From assembly GCA_013044465.1 (NCBI GenBank), contig JABEUL010000089.1:1-33428 (forward strand): a DNA stretch of 33,428 nt, written 5' to 3'. The stretch's first letter is position 1. Every line of letters begins with the position of its first letter. The notes below the pieces were generated by a model. It ran no database searches. It worked only from the letters and a program-made list of their open reading frames with translations, and was not told where the DNA came from. The translations under genes and the position numbers were made by a program. Shown here piece by piece: positions 17,539-26,054 of this stretch. Source of the stretch: Acidimicrobiales bacterium (GTDB taxonomy: Bacteria; Actinomycetota; Acidimicrobiia; Acidimicrobiales; JABEUL01).

Positions 17539-19445
17539 AAGAGAGCAATTCAGGGTCGCCAAAGAAACCCAATAAGTGGTCAGGATCCCTGACCCGAAAA
17601 GGAGCGGCCGAAGTCGGTCGACAAAATAGACCATTCAAAGATCGAGATGGATCCGATCAAAGAGATGACAGGCCCTATAGGTCCCGTGAAGGTGGCACAC
17701 CTTGGCGAGGTGAAAAGAGAAGCTTCAACGACAGAGACAGGTCCGAACAAAGAGATGACAGGCCATACAGATCTCGTGAAGGCGGTACTCCCTGGCGAGG
17801 TGAGGACAAGCCCAGAGGTGATAGGGATCGATCCGGGCAAGGAGAGGGAAGACCCTTTAGGTCTCGTGATGGGGGAGCCCCGTATAGATCTCGTGAAGGT
17901 GGCGCTCCATATAGATCTCGTGATGGGGGAGCCCCGTATAGATCTCGTGAAGGCGGTACTCCCTGGCGAGGTGAGGACAAGCCCAGAGGTGATAGGGATC
18001 GATCCAGTCAAGGAGAGAGACGACCCTTTAGAGAGAGAAGCGATGGCCCTCCCTGGCGATCGCAGGACTCACAAAGAGGCAGGTCGTATTCGGGCGAAGA
18101 TAGGAAACCTTGGAGATCAGAAAGTGGTGAGCCCAGGAGGTTCTCTGAAAACCGTGAACGAAGCGGTGGAGGTTCTAGAGGATATGGGGGGTCCAGAGAT
18201 TCAAGAGACCGTGATTTTGGAAGCAGAGGAGCACCGTTTAGATCCGATCGAGATAGAAGCTCATCGAGATACTCAAACGACGAGCGACCCCGTCGTGATG
18301 GTAGTTCTGGGGAATGGAGAGAGAAAAGGCAGTCATTCTCAGACAGCAGGTCCTCAGGGCCAAGAGGCCAAGGTGGTTCCCCCAAACCATTCAAAACCGC
18401 GCAAGAAAAGGGATTACTTGGTGGCATAGTCATCGGCAAAAGGTCAGTAGCTGAACTTATCAAGAAAAATTCGCGAAAGATTTATGAGATATTAGTTGCC
18501 CACGATTACACTGAAGGCCACGACGATTCAGAAGATATCGAATCAATAATTGCCCAAAGTGGAGTCACGACTAGATCCGTAAGCAAGAGAGAACTAGATG
18601 ATATTGCCGGGACCTACTCCCACCAGGGCGTTGTGGCAAAATGTCGACCGATTGATTCCATTACGCTTGACCAGTTACTCGAAATATTATCCGGGTCCAA
18701 AGTAAGCGTTGACGAAAAAGCATCTGTAGATTCATCAGAAGTGGAAGACTTTGACAGTGAGTCAGATGTTGAAGAATTAGACGACGAACTTTTGGCCCAA
18801 GATGATGAAGACGATGCATTCGATGAAGTTTTTGAAGCTGAATCTATAACTGATGAAATATCGGCGAACGAAGAGATTGCCGAAGAAGTCATTGAAGTTG
18901 AGTTAACTGATATTGAATTATTGGATCAAGAAGATTTAGATGAAAAAGTATCAGAGCCTGCAATTGAGCCTGCAAATATAGTTGGAGCACCAATCATTTT
19001 GGTTCTAGATGGCATTACAGATCCTCAGAACTTGGGAGCTATTCTTAGATCGGCAGCTTGTTCGGGTGTCAAAGGAGTAGTTTTGCCGGCACAAAGAAGT
19101 GCCAAGTTGACACCTGCTGTGACCAAAGTTGCAGCTGGTGGAGTTGAATACATTAGCTTTGTAGAAGTTGGCGGCATTCCGGCTGCATTGATGGAACTTG
19201 CTTCCAAGGGTGTAGAGATTATTGGCCTCGACTCAAGTGGTGATACCTCAATATTTGAACTACCTGTCCATGATGGGCTTCGAGCACTTGTAGTTGGTTC
19301 CGAGGGGAGCGGACTGTCAAGGCTTACTAAAATTAGATGTGATTTATTAGCCAACATTCCTCACGGTGGAGGCCCTGAGTCTCTAAATGTCAGCGTTGCC
19401 ACTGGGATAGCTCTCTTTGAGCTTTGTAAGAGTTACCTGGGTTAA
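17535..19445 (+). CDS. rlmB: TrmH/SPOUT 2'-O-methyltransferase, RlmB-like, with long disordered N-terminus and acidic insertion
   Basis: HQGVVA substrate-binding domain; LDGITDPQNLGAILRS, VGSEGSGL and ESLNVSVA SPOUT motifs. TTGA overlap with tmk. Confidence 0.88.
   Translation: MKESNSGSPKKPNKWSGSLTRKGAAEVGRQNRPFKDRDGSDQRDDRPYRSREGGTPWRGEKRSFNDRDRSEQRDDRPYRSREGGTPWRGEDKPRGDRDRSGQGEGRPFRSRDGGAPYRSREGGAPYRSRDGGAPYRSREGGTPWRGEDKPRGDRDRSSQGERRPFRERSDGPPWRSQDSQRGRSYSGEDRKPWRSESGEPRRFSENRERSGGGSRGYGGSRDSRDRDFGSRGAPFRSDRDRSSSRYSNDERPRRDGSSGEWREKRQSFSDSRSSGPRGQGGSPKPFKTAQEKGLLGGIVIGKRSVAELIKKNSRKIYEILVAHDYTEGHDDSEDIESIIAQSGVTTRSVSKRELDDIAGTYSHQGVVAKCRPIDSITLDQLLEILSGSKVSVDEKASVDSSEVEDFDSESDVEELDDELLAQDDEDDAFDEVFEAESITDEISANEEIAEEVIEVELTDIELLDQEDLDEKVSEPAIEPANIVGAPIILVLDGITDPQNLGAILRSAACSGVKGVVLPAQRSAKLTPAVTKVAAGGVEYISFVEVGGIPAALMELASKGVEIIGLDSSGDTSIFELPVHDGLRALVVGSEGSGLSRLTKIRCDLLANIPHGGGPESLNVSVATGIALFELCKSYLG
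17656..18005 (+). repeat. Coding repeats in the rlmB N-terminus
   Basis: Four tandem 27-nt units at 17859-17966 (RSR(D/E)GG(A/T)P(Y/W)); identical 66-nt direct repeat at 17769-17834 and 17940-18005; degenerate copy near 17656-17712. Confidence 0.92.
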
Positions 19446-19534
19446 TTTGTACAGTCGCTTCGGGAAAATAATTATTTTCTCTACAAGCCATTCTCGACTT
19501 GACCTTTAGCGGAGTATGAATAAGTATTGAGATT

Positions 19535-20533
19535 ATGCAACATAGACACCTAGGATCAAGCGGACTTAAAGTTTCGGCTTTAACTTACGGAAATTGGATT
19601 ACTCACGGAAGCCAAGTGGATGATGACGCAGCATTGGCTTGCGTACATGCTGCGCTTGACCTTGGTATCACAACGTTTGACACAGCAGATGTTTATGCAG
19701 GCACCGAAGCTGAAAAGGTTTTAGGGAAGGCACTATCAGGCCAGAGGCGAGAGGGACTTGAGATTGCGACCAAGGTATTTTGGCCCACAGGACCTGGAGT
19801 AAATGACCGAGGTTTGTCGAGAAAACACATAATGGAGTCCATTGAAGGCTCTCTTAGGCGTCTTCAAGTCGACTATGTCGATCTCTACCAAGCCCATCGC
19901 TTCGATCATGAGACACCAGTTGAAGAAACTGTAGCTGCCTTTGACGATCTCATCAGACAGGGAAAAGTGCTTTATGTAGGAGTTTCCGAGTGGCGACGTG
20001 AGGAAATAAAAGCATACCTTGACATCGCAGACGCCAGCCATCGAAGTCGACTTGTTTCCAACCAGCCCCAGTATTCAATTTTATGGAGAGTTATTGAATC
20101 TGAAGTTGTGCCTTTTTGTCTGGACCAAGGCATTGGCCAGATAGTCTGGTCACCACTTGCACAAGGAGTACTGACGGGGAAATATCACCTAGGTGAGCCT
20201 CCTCCGGCTGGTTCTCGGGCGACTGATCCAACCGGATCTAATTTTCTGCAAGGTTATCTAAGAGACAAGGTTCTCGAAGCAATAGACCGTCTTAGGCCAG
20301 TGGCCAAAGAGGCTGGTCTTTCAATGGCAGTCATGTCTTTAGCGTGGGTACTTTCTAGACCTGGGATTTCTTCGGCAATTGTCGGTGCTACTCGGCCCGA
20401 ACAGTTGGAGGAAAATGTAGTAGCTGCCAATGTGACACTGGGGCAAGATGTCTTAGAAGCAATTGATGAGGCGGTTCAAGATGTGGCAATAACAGATCCA
20501 GCAAAAACAGTGAGTCCCCCGCAACGCCCGTAG
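19535..20533 (+). CDS. Aldo/keto reductase (Kv-beta/Tas-like subfamily)
   Basis: FDTADVY, IATKV, GLSRKHI, DLYQAHR, WSPLAQGVLTGKY, AIVGATRPEQL. Confidence 0.95.
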   Translation: MQHRHLGSSGLKVSALTYGNWITHGSQVDDDAALACVHAALDLGITTFDTADVYAGTEAEKVLGKALSGQRREGLEIATKVFWPTGPGVNDRGLSRKHIMESIEGSLRRLQVDYVDLYQAHRFDHETPVEETVAAFDDLIRQGKVLYVGVSEWRREEIKAYLDIADASHRSRLVSNQPQYSILWRVIESEVVPFCLDQGIGQIVWSPLAQGVLTGKYHLGEPPPAGSRATDPTGSNFLQGYLRDKVLEAIDRLRPVAKEAGLSMAVMSLAWVLSRPGISSAIVGATRPEQLEENVVAANVTLGQDVLEAIDEAVQDVAITDPAKTVSPPQRP

Positions 20534-20627
20534 GGAAATTGATCAAGTATCTAGGGCAAACTACAATGCCAAGCTAATTCAAGAAGCATTTTTAAAGCCT
20601 TGTGCTAAGCCAATTGTCACCTTTTAT

Positions 20628-21854
20628 CTAGAAACCAGTAATGCGCTCCATTAATGCTAAGTAATCACTGGCTAATTTGGTTCTATCAAAGTTCTCTTCC
20701 ACATAGGACCTTCCAGATTTGCCCATTGCCTCCCTTAAAAATTCTGAATCTGACAACTTTTTGATAGCTTCGGCTAAGAGTTCGGGATTCTCGGGAGGGA
20801 CTACAACTGCACCTGAGTCAGTCAGTATCTTGGCAGGTTCCCCGGATAGTGAGCCTATTACAGCTTTTTTGGAGGCTAAGTATTCAAATATTTTGGATGG
20901 GATAAAACTCGTGAAAAGCGGGACGTCACGAAGTGGAACTAAGCATATGTCACTAGCGCCCAATATCAGAGGTACTCTCTCACGCGGTTGACCAGGCAAA
21001 AAAGTTACGTTTTGAATGTCGTTGTTTTCAACATAGTCAATCAGATCTTTTTTAGCAGCACCTTCTCCGACAAAAGCAAAATGTAAATTGCTCTTATCTT
21101 TTAGCAGCAGCGCTGTTTTAGCTATTGATACCAAACCATGAGAAATCCCGTGGGCGCCAATATAGAGAACAACAATATCGTCTCTACTTGCACCAAGTTC
21201 TTTTTTGATATCCAAATCACATGGAGTTGCCCCAAACTTGTCGAGGTCGACGCCATTTCTAATTACTGTTATCTTTTCTCGGGGCACTCCTCGTGAGACT
21301 AAATTGTCTAAAAAGCCCTCAGTGACTACTACAACTGCGTCACTTACACGATAGGCGCAAAGCTCAAGTGCCTCAAGTATTTTAATTATTGTTTTGTTAG
21401 TTAGTACTCCAAGTTCCACAAAGATAGCGGGCCAGAGATCTCTGATCTCCACTATGAGTTTTGCTCGCTTGACTTTAGAGATTACCCAGGCGGAGAAGAT
21501 AGAAAAAAATGTGGGAGAAGAAACTATGACAATATCTGGTCTACCCACCTTGGTTATTCCTAACAAAATGGATGTAATCATAAAAGACAGGTGACCTAAA
21601 GTTTTTTTGACAAATCCTTCGTTGGGAGTTGCATATAACCACGTTCTAATGACCTTATAGCCATCGATAAATTCTTCCCTCACTACTGCACCTTGGTACT
21701 TTGATGGGATAATTCCTGTGGGATGATTTGGCATGCCTGTGAGCACAGTAACCTCGTGGCCAGATTTTACCCAAGAGGCAGCCATCTCAGAGAGGCGGGC
21801 CTGAGGAGCGCCTATTTCGGGCGGAAAGTAATGGGAAACTAAGAGTATTTTCAT
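20628..21854 (-). CDS. GT4 glycosyltransferase (WbuB-like)
   Basis: HYFPPEIGA, GMPNHPTG, VSSPTFF, EIRDLWP, IPSKIFEYLA. Confidence 0.93.
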   Translation of the reverse strand: MKILLVSHYFPPEIGAPQARLSEMAASWVKSGHEVTVLTGMPNHPTGIIPSKYQGAVVREEFIDGYKVIRTWLYATPNEGFVKKTLGHLSFMITSILLGITKVGRPDIVIVSSPTFFSIFSAWVISKVKRAKLIVEIRDLWPAIFVELGVLTNKTIIKILEALELCAYRVSDAVVVVTEGFLDNLVSRGVPREKITVIRNGVDLDKFGATPCDLDIKKELGASRDDIVVLYIGAHGISHGLVSIAKTALLLKDKSNLHFAFVGEGAAKKDLIDYVENNDIQNVTFLPGQPRERVPLILGASDICLVPLRDVPLFTSFIPSKIFEYLASKKAVIGSLSGEPAKILTDSGAVVVPPENPELLAEAIKKLSDSEFLREAMGKSGRSYVEENFDRTKLASDYLALMERITGF

Positions 21855-21856
21855 GA

Positions 21857-22870
21857 TCAAGTCAATTTGTTTTCAATTTTAATGTTGGCAAGCTTATCTG
21901 TGAAGTTAGGAAGATATAGGTAAAAAATGGCAATCAGTATGATCCCAAAATCATTAAGCACGTGGTCCAATATAGTGGCATGCAAGTTGCCAACTCCCAA
22001 AACTCCACAGAGGATAGAGAGTATCCCATAGATGCTTGATACTGACATATGCGCATAACCTCTCTGGTGCAACCTTTGATATGCATGGCTTTTGTGCGCC
22101 TCAAAAAGCTTCTCTTTTCGCCAGGCTCTCTTGATAACAGTTGTAGATGTATCAGCTATTGAAAGCACTACAGGCGCAATAATTGCATCTAGTGGCACAT
22201 GTTTTGAAATGGCGACCACAACTGTGCTTGCAATGATGGAGCCCCAACCATAGCTTCCCACATCCCCTGCAAAGGTCTTGGACCTAAAGCAGTTAAATGC
22301 TCCAAAACCAAGTGCACCCCCAATGAGTGCACCTGAGAGCAGTAGCAACCACTGCAAATGCAGCTCGGAGGCAAATATTGCCCAGAATAATCCTGTTACT
22401 GCCACTCCAATTGCGGTAATTCCATCAATGCCATCCATGAAGTTCCATGCGTTGATGAATCCAACAATAAAAATGATCCCAACAATAATTGCAGCTATCT
22501 TGAATGAGGGACTAAAACTTGATGGGATGAATGAAGCGAGCGAAATAGATAACGATATTGTTAGAAGAAGAATGAGGCGAAGTAGGGGTTTCAACCCCTT
22601 AATATCATCGGCCAAACCAACTGATGACGATATTAATACGGCTATCGGAAGAACCAAAAGTGGCCAAGTTCGAAACTGACTTATTGAACCTATAAGGAAA
22701 AGAGTCACCACTATTGCTACTAACGATCCCCCGCGTGGGACTGGCACTGAATGGGATGAGCGGTGATTTGGGGTGTCGAAGTGACCTTGTTTCCGCAGAA
22801 ATGTTATTAAAAAAGGAGTTATAAGTAAGGTGGCAAGAGTACCTATACCTAAGTAAGCAGCGAAAACCAT
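21857..22870 (-). CDS. MraY/WecA-family polyprenyl-phosphate HexNAc-1-P transferase (WbpL-like)
   Basis: DTPNHRSSHSVPVPRGG, GLADD, NAWNFMDGIDG, FAGDVGS, EAHKSHAYQRL; multi-TM. Start 22870 or 22888. Confidence 0.92.
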   Translation of the reverse strand: MVFAAYLGIGTLATLLITPFLITFLRKQGHFDTPNHRSSHSVPVPRGGSLVAIVVTLFLIGSISQFRTWPLLVLPIAVLISSSVGLADDIKGLKPLLRLILLLTISLSISLASFIPSSFSPSFKIAAIIVGIIFIVGFINAWNFMDGIDGITAIGVAVTGLFWAIFASELHLQWLLLLSGALIGGALGFGAFNCFRSKTFAGDVGSYGWGSIIASTVVVAISKHVPLDAIIAPVVLSIADTSTTVIKRAWRKEKLFEAHKSHAYQRLHQRGYAHMSVSSIYGILSILCGVLGVGNLHATILDHVLNDFGIILIAIFYLYLPNFTDKLANIKIENKLT

Positions 22871-23038
22871 ACTCTTCCAATGGTACAAGTTTCGAGTCAG
22901 TTGAAATGATCAATGATGAGAGCTTCGTTGGAAAATAGGGACAGTCGCTTTAATTTCTAGATTTTGCAAAGCAGTGTTAAAAGGCAGCTCTTGAGCCAAT
23001 GTCAATATCAGGCACAGTAATTGTGGCAATATTAAGAG

Positions 23039-24322
23039 ATGGAAAGATCCCACGACATGGCGGTTCATGGAAAACTAGTAGTTATTGGCCAGGGATACGT
23101 TGGCCTCCCACTTTCAATGCGAGCAGTCGAGGTCGGGTACCGAGTAATCGGTTTTGACGTGGATAAGTCTCGAGTAGACCTGTTAGCTTCTGGGATTACC
23201 TATATTGAAGATGTAACTTCAAACCAAATCAAAAGTGCCTTGGAAACTGACCGTTTTCAGCCATCATTTGATCCTAGTGATATTGATGACTTTGATTTTT
23301 GCGTAATTACAGTTCCAACTCCCCTTCGAGATGGACTTCCCGATCTCTCTTACATCACGGCAGCTTCCGCCATGATTGGCACAAGAATCAAAAAGGGTTC
23401 TTCGGTTATTTTGGAATCCACCACTTATCCAGGAACTACTTCTGAGCTAGTGCTTCCTGAACTCGAGAGGCTGAGCAACTTGGTGGCGGGAGTCGATTTC
23501 TACCTTGGCTATAGTCCAGAGAGAATTGATCCTGGAAACCCGAATTTCAATTTTATCAATACTCCTAAATTGGTTTCAGGGATCAATAAGGACTCGTTAG
23601 AAGCAATAAGTAATTTTTACAAGGACTTAGTTGATGAGACCGTTGAGCTTAAATCACCAGCCGAAGCCGAGATGGCAAAGCTATTGGAAAATACATTTAG
23701 GCATGTAAACGTAGCACTTGTTAATGAATTGGCTGTTTTTGCAAATGAGCTTGGAATTGATGTTTGGGAGGCCATCAGGGGAGCTGCTAGCAAGCCATTT
23801 GGTTTTATGCCTTTTTTCCCAGGACCAGGTGTAGGGGGTCACTGCTTGCCCATAGATCCATCGTATCTATCTTGGAAAGTCAAATTGCAGTTGGGTGAGA
23901 ATTTTAGATTTGTCGAGTTGGCAAATGATATCAATCATCACATGCCTCAGTTTGTTTCGAGAAGAGTGATGCTAGGCCTCAATGAAAGAGGGAAGGCTGT
24001 TAAGGGTTCAAACATTGTACTCGCGGGTCTTGCCTACAAGCCCAATACCTCCGATGCCAGAGAATCCCCTGGAGTTTCTGTGGCAGCTTCACTAATAGAG
24101 CTTGGGGCAAGGGTCATAGCGTGTGATCCTCTAGTTCGAAGAGAAGATGTCAATTTGTCACTCGAATGGAGAGATTTCAGCAAAGAGATAATGAAAGAGG
24201 CAGACGTAGTGGTGATACTTGCTCCTCATAGAGATTTTGATTTAAATGAAATCGTTGAGAATGCGAGTTATATATTAGATACAAGGCATGTCCTAGTCGG
24301 AGAAAATGTTGAGTACCTGTAG
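23039..24322 (+). CDS. UDP-N-acetylhexosamine 6-dehydrogenase (WbpA/WecC-like)
   Basis: GQGYVGLP, TVPTP, LESTTYPGT, SPERIDPGN, KLLENTFR, GVGGHC, YKPNTSDARESP. Confidence 0.94.
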   Translation: MERSHDMAVHGKLVVIGQGYVGLPLSMRAVEVGYRVIGFDVDKSRVDLLASGITYIEDVTSNQIKSALETDRFQPSFDPSDIDDFDFCVITVPTPLRDGLPDLSYITAASAMIGTRIKKGSSVILESTTYPGTTSELVLPELERLSNLVAGVDFYLGYSPERIDPGNPNFNFINTPKLVSGINKDSLEAISNFYKDLVDETVELKSPAEAEMAKLLENTFRHVNVALVNELAVFANELGIDVWEAIRGAASKPFGFMPFFPGPGVGGHCLPIDPSYLSWKVKLQLGENFRFVELANDINHHMPQFVSRRVMLGLNERGKAVKGSNIVLAGLAYKPNTSDARESPGVSVAASLIELGARVIACDPLVRREDVNLSLEWRDFSKEIMKEADVVVILAPHRDFDLNEIVENASYILDTRHVLVGENVEYL

Positions 24323-24360
24323 TACTGCCTATTTGTTGATCCCATCAATAGGAAAATGAC

Positions 24361-25437
24361 TTGAAGATTTTAGTGGTGGCCGGAGCACGGCCCAATTTCA
24401 TGAAAGTTGCTCCAATTCTAAAAGAACTAGAGGCGAAGGGAATTGAGAATTTACTCGTACACACTGGGCAGCACTATGACCCACTTCTCTCTGACGTATT
24501 CTTTGCTGACTTGGGAATAAGGGAGCCTGATTATTCACTGGATGTTGGATCTGGTTCACATGCCCATCAAACTGCTCGAGTAATGGAGGCCTTCGAGTCT
24601 TTGGTGCAAGAAGTGTCTCCAGATGTAGTGATAGTAGTGGGGGATGTTAACTCTACTTTGGGATGTGCGCTAGTTGGCGCCAAAGCACCATGTAAGGTGG
24701 CCCACGTTGAGGCAGGGCTTAGAAGCAGGGACTGGACTATGCCTGAAGAAGTTAATAGGGTAGCTGTTGATCATGTGAGTGATTACTTGTTTGCGCCATC
24801 TCCTGATGCGGTTGAAAATTTGGAAAAAGAGGGTCTCGGAAAAAAGTCATATTTGGTTGGGAATGTAATGGTGGATACTTTATTATCCTCACTTCCCCTT
24901 GTTGAGAAATCTACAATTATGGAAAAACTTGGCATAGTTGGAGAGAACTACGCACTTGTTACTTTGCACCGACCTTCAAATGTCGATGATCCCGAGACAT
25001 TGCAGACTCTTTTAGAAGCCCTAGAAAAAATCAGCCAAGCCTGCAAAATTGTTTTTCCCATTCATCCGAGAACTCTTTTGAAACTGGAAGATACGACTAT
25101 TTCTCCAAATATCATTACTACCGAACCGGTCGGTTACCTTGACTGCATTGCCTTAGAGAAACACGCAAAAGTTGTTCTTACTGATTCAGGAGGAATACAA
25201 GAAGAAACTACAGTACTAGGCACACCTTGCTTAACGCTACGCGAATCAACTGAGCGGCCAATTACAGTCTCTCAAGGAACTAATCAAGTAGTGGGCACTG
25301 ACGTAAAGATTATTGTTGAAAAATCGTTGGAAATAATTAAAAACGGTTACCTTAAAAGATCACCTGCACTATGGGACGGAAAAGCCTCAGAGCGAATTGT
25401 AAATATTCTTGCTACGAATTGGGCCTCTCGCTACTGA
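24361..25437 (+). CDS. wecB: UDP-N-acetylglucosamine 2-epimerase (non-hydrolysing)
   Basis: GARPNFMK, HTGQHYD, GDVNST, HVEAGLRS, MPEEVNR, TDSGGIQEE. Confidence 0.95.
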   Translation: MKILVVAGARPNFMKVAPILKELEAKGIENLLVHTGQHYDPLLSDVFFADLGIREPDYSLDVGSGSHAHQTARVMEAFESLVQEVSPDVVIVVGDVNSTLGCALVGAKAPCKVAHVEAGLRSRDWTMPEEVNRVAVDHVSDYLFAPSPDAVENLEKEGLGKKSYLVGNVMVDTLLSSLPLVEKSTIMEKLGIVGENYALVTLHRPSNVDDPETLQTLLEALEKISQACKIVFPIHPRTLLKLEDTTISPNIITTEPVGYLDCIALEKHAKVVLTDSGGIQEETTVLGTPCLTLRESTERPITVSQGTNQVVGTDVKIIVEKSLEIIKNGYLKRSPALWDGKASERIVNILATNWASRY

Positions 25438-26054
25438 GTAGGAAGGTAACTGGCTGCTTCTTTGGCTGTACAGGTGAATCCACTTGGTGCCTGGGTAATG
25501 GAGTTGCTACTTTGGCCATTTATGAAGATTAGATAACAGTTTCCATATCCAGAGCTCACCGCAGCATAAACAAACCCAATAGTATTGGGTAGATCAGTCG
25601 GCTCAGCTAGTGCACTAACCTCGAATGGTCCAGTAGATGCTATTGAATCAGGAATAATAGTTAGCTTTCCCAATCTCCATGGGGTGTTTGAATTAGTCGG
25701 CAAAAAGCTCGCAGAGGTTGATACTATTTGGTTCGCCAAGTAATTGAGACTTGCCTGAGCATTATTCTGCGCATTGTTCTTTTCAGTATGAATCGCGTAG
25801 ATCGGAATCACAATGGAGGCAAGAATTGCAAATGTCGCGATTGCCACATAGGTATAGACTCGACTCACAAAAATCCAATGATCACGTGCTTTGTTAATTT
25901 CGACACGTTTCTTCAATTTCTTATATTGGTGCTGGTAGATAAGGGCTGCAACTGTGCCTATCCAGAAATACCAGCCTGCGGCGAATTTGACACTTCTGTA
26001 TGCATACTCATTTGCCAGCTGATCTTCATAATGGTTGTTAGTAGATTCAGTCAC
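25431..26054 (-). CDS. Membrane-anchored hypothetical protein with pilin-like C-terminal domain
   Basis: Two hydrophobic segments; ILASIVIP..AQASL helix; C-terminal Cys pair; GTGA overlap with the upstream gene. Confidence 0.7.
   Translation of the reverse strand: MTESTNNHYEDQLANEYAYRSVKFAAGWYFWIGTVAALIYQHQYKKLKKRVEINKARDHWIFVSRVYTYVAIATFAILASIVIPIYAIHTEKNNAQNNAQASLNYLANQIVSTSASFLPTNSNTPWRLGKLTIIPDSIASTGPFEVSALAEPTDLPNTIGFVYAAVSSGYGNCYLIFINGQSSNSITQAPSGFTCTAKEAASYLPTQ

Noticed and set aside
17656-18005. Direct repeats as a possible CRISPR array
   Set aside because: The units are in-frame multiples of 3 with synonymous variation, have no unique spacers of regular length, lie inside a CDS, and no cas genes are present.
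17647-18429. 260-aa +1-frame ORF (and antisense ORFs) overlapping the rlmB N-terminus
   Set aside because: Stops in the +1 frame need NTA/NTG codons (Leu/Ile/Val/Met) in the main frame, which this low-complexity region lacks. The open frame is an expected by-product.
19535-20533. Functional link between the Kv-beta-like AKR and the K+ transport genes
   Set aside because: This AKR subfamily is widespread in bacteria, and the gene is 8 kb away in a separate unit.
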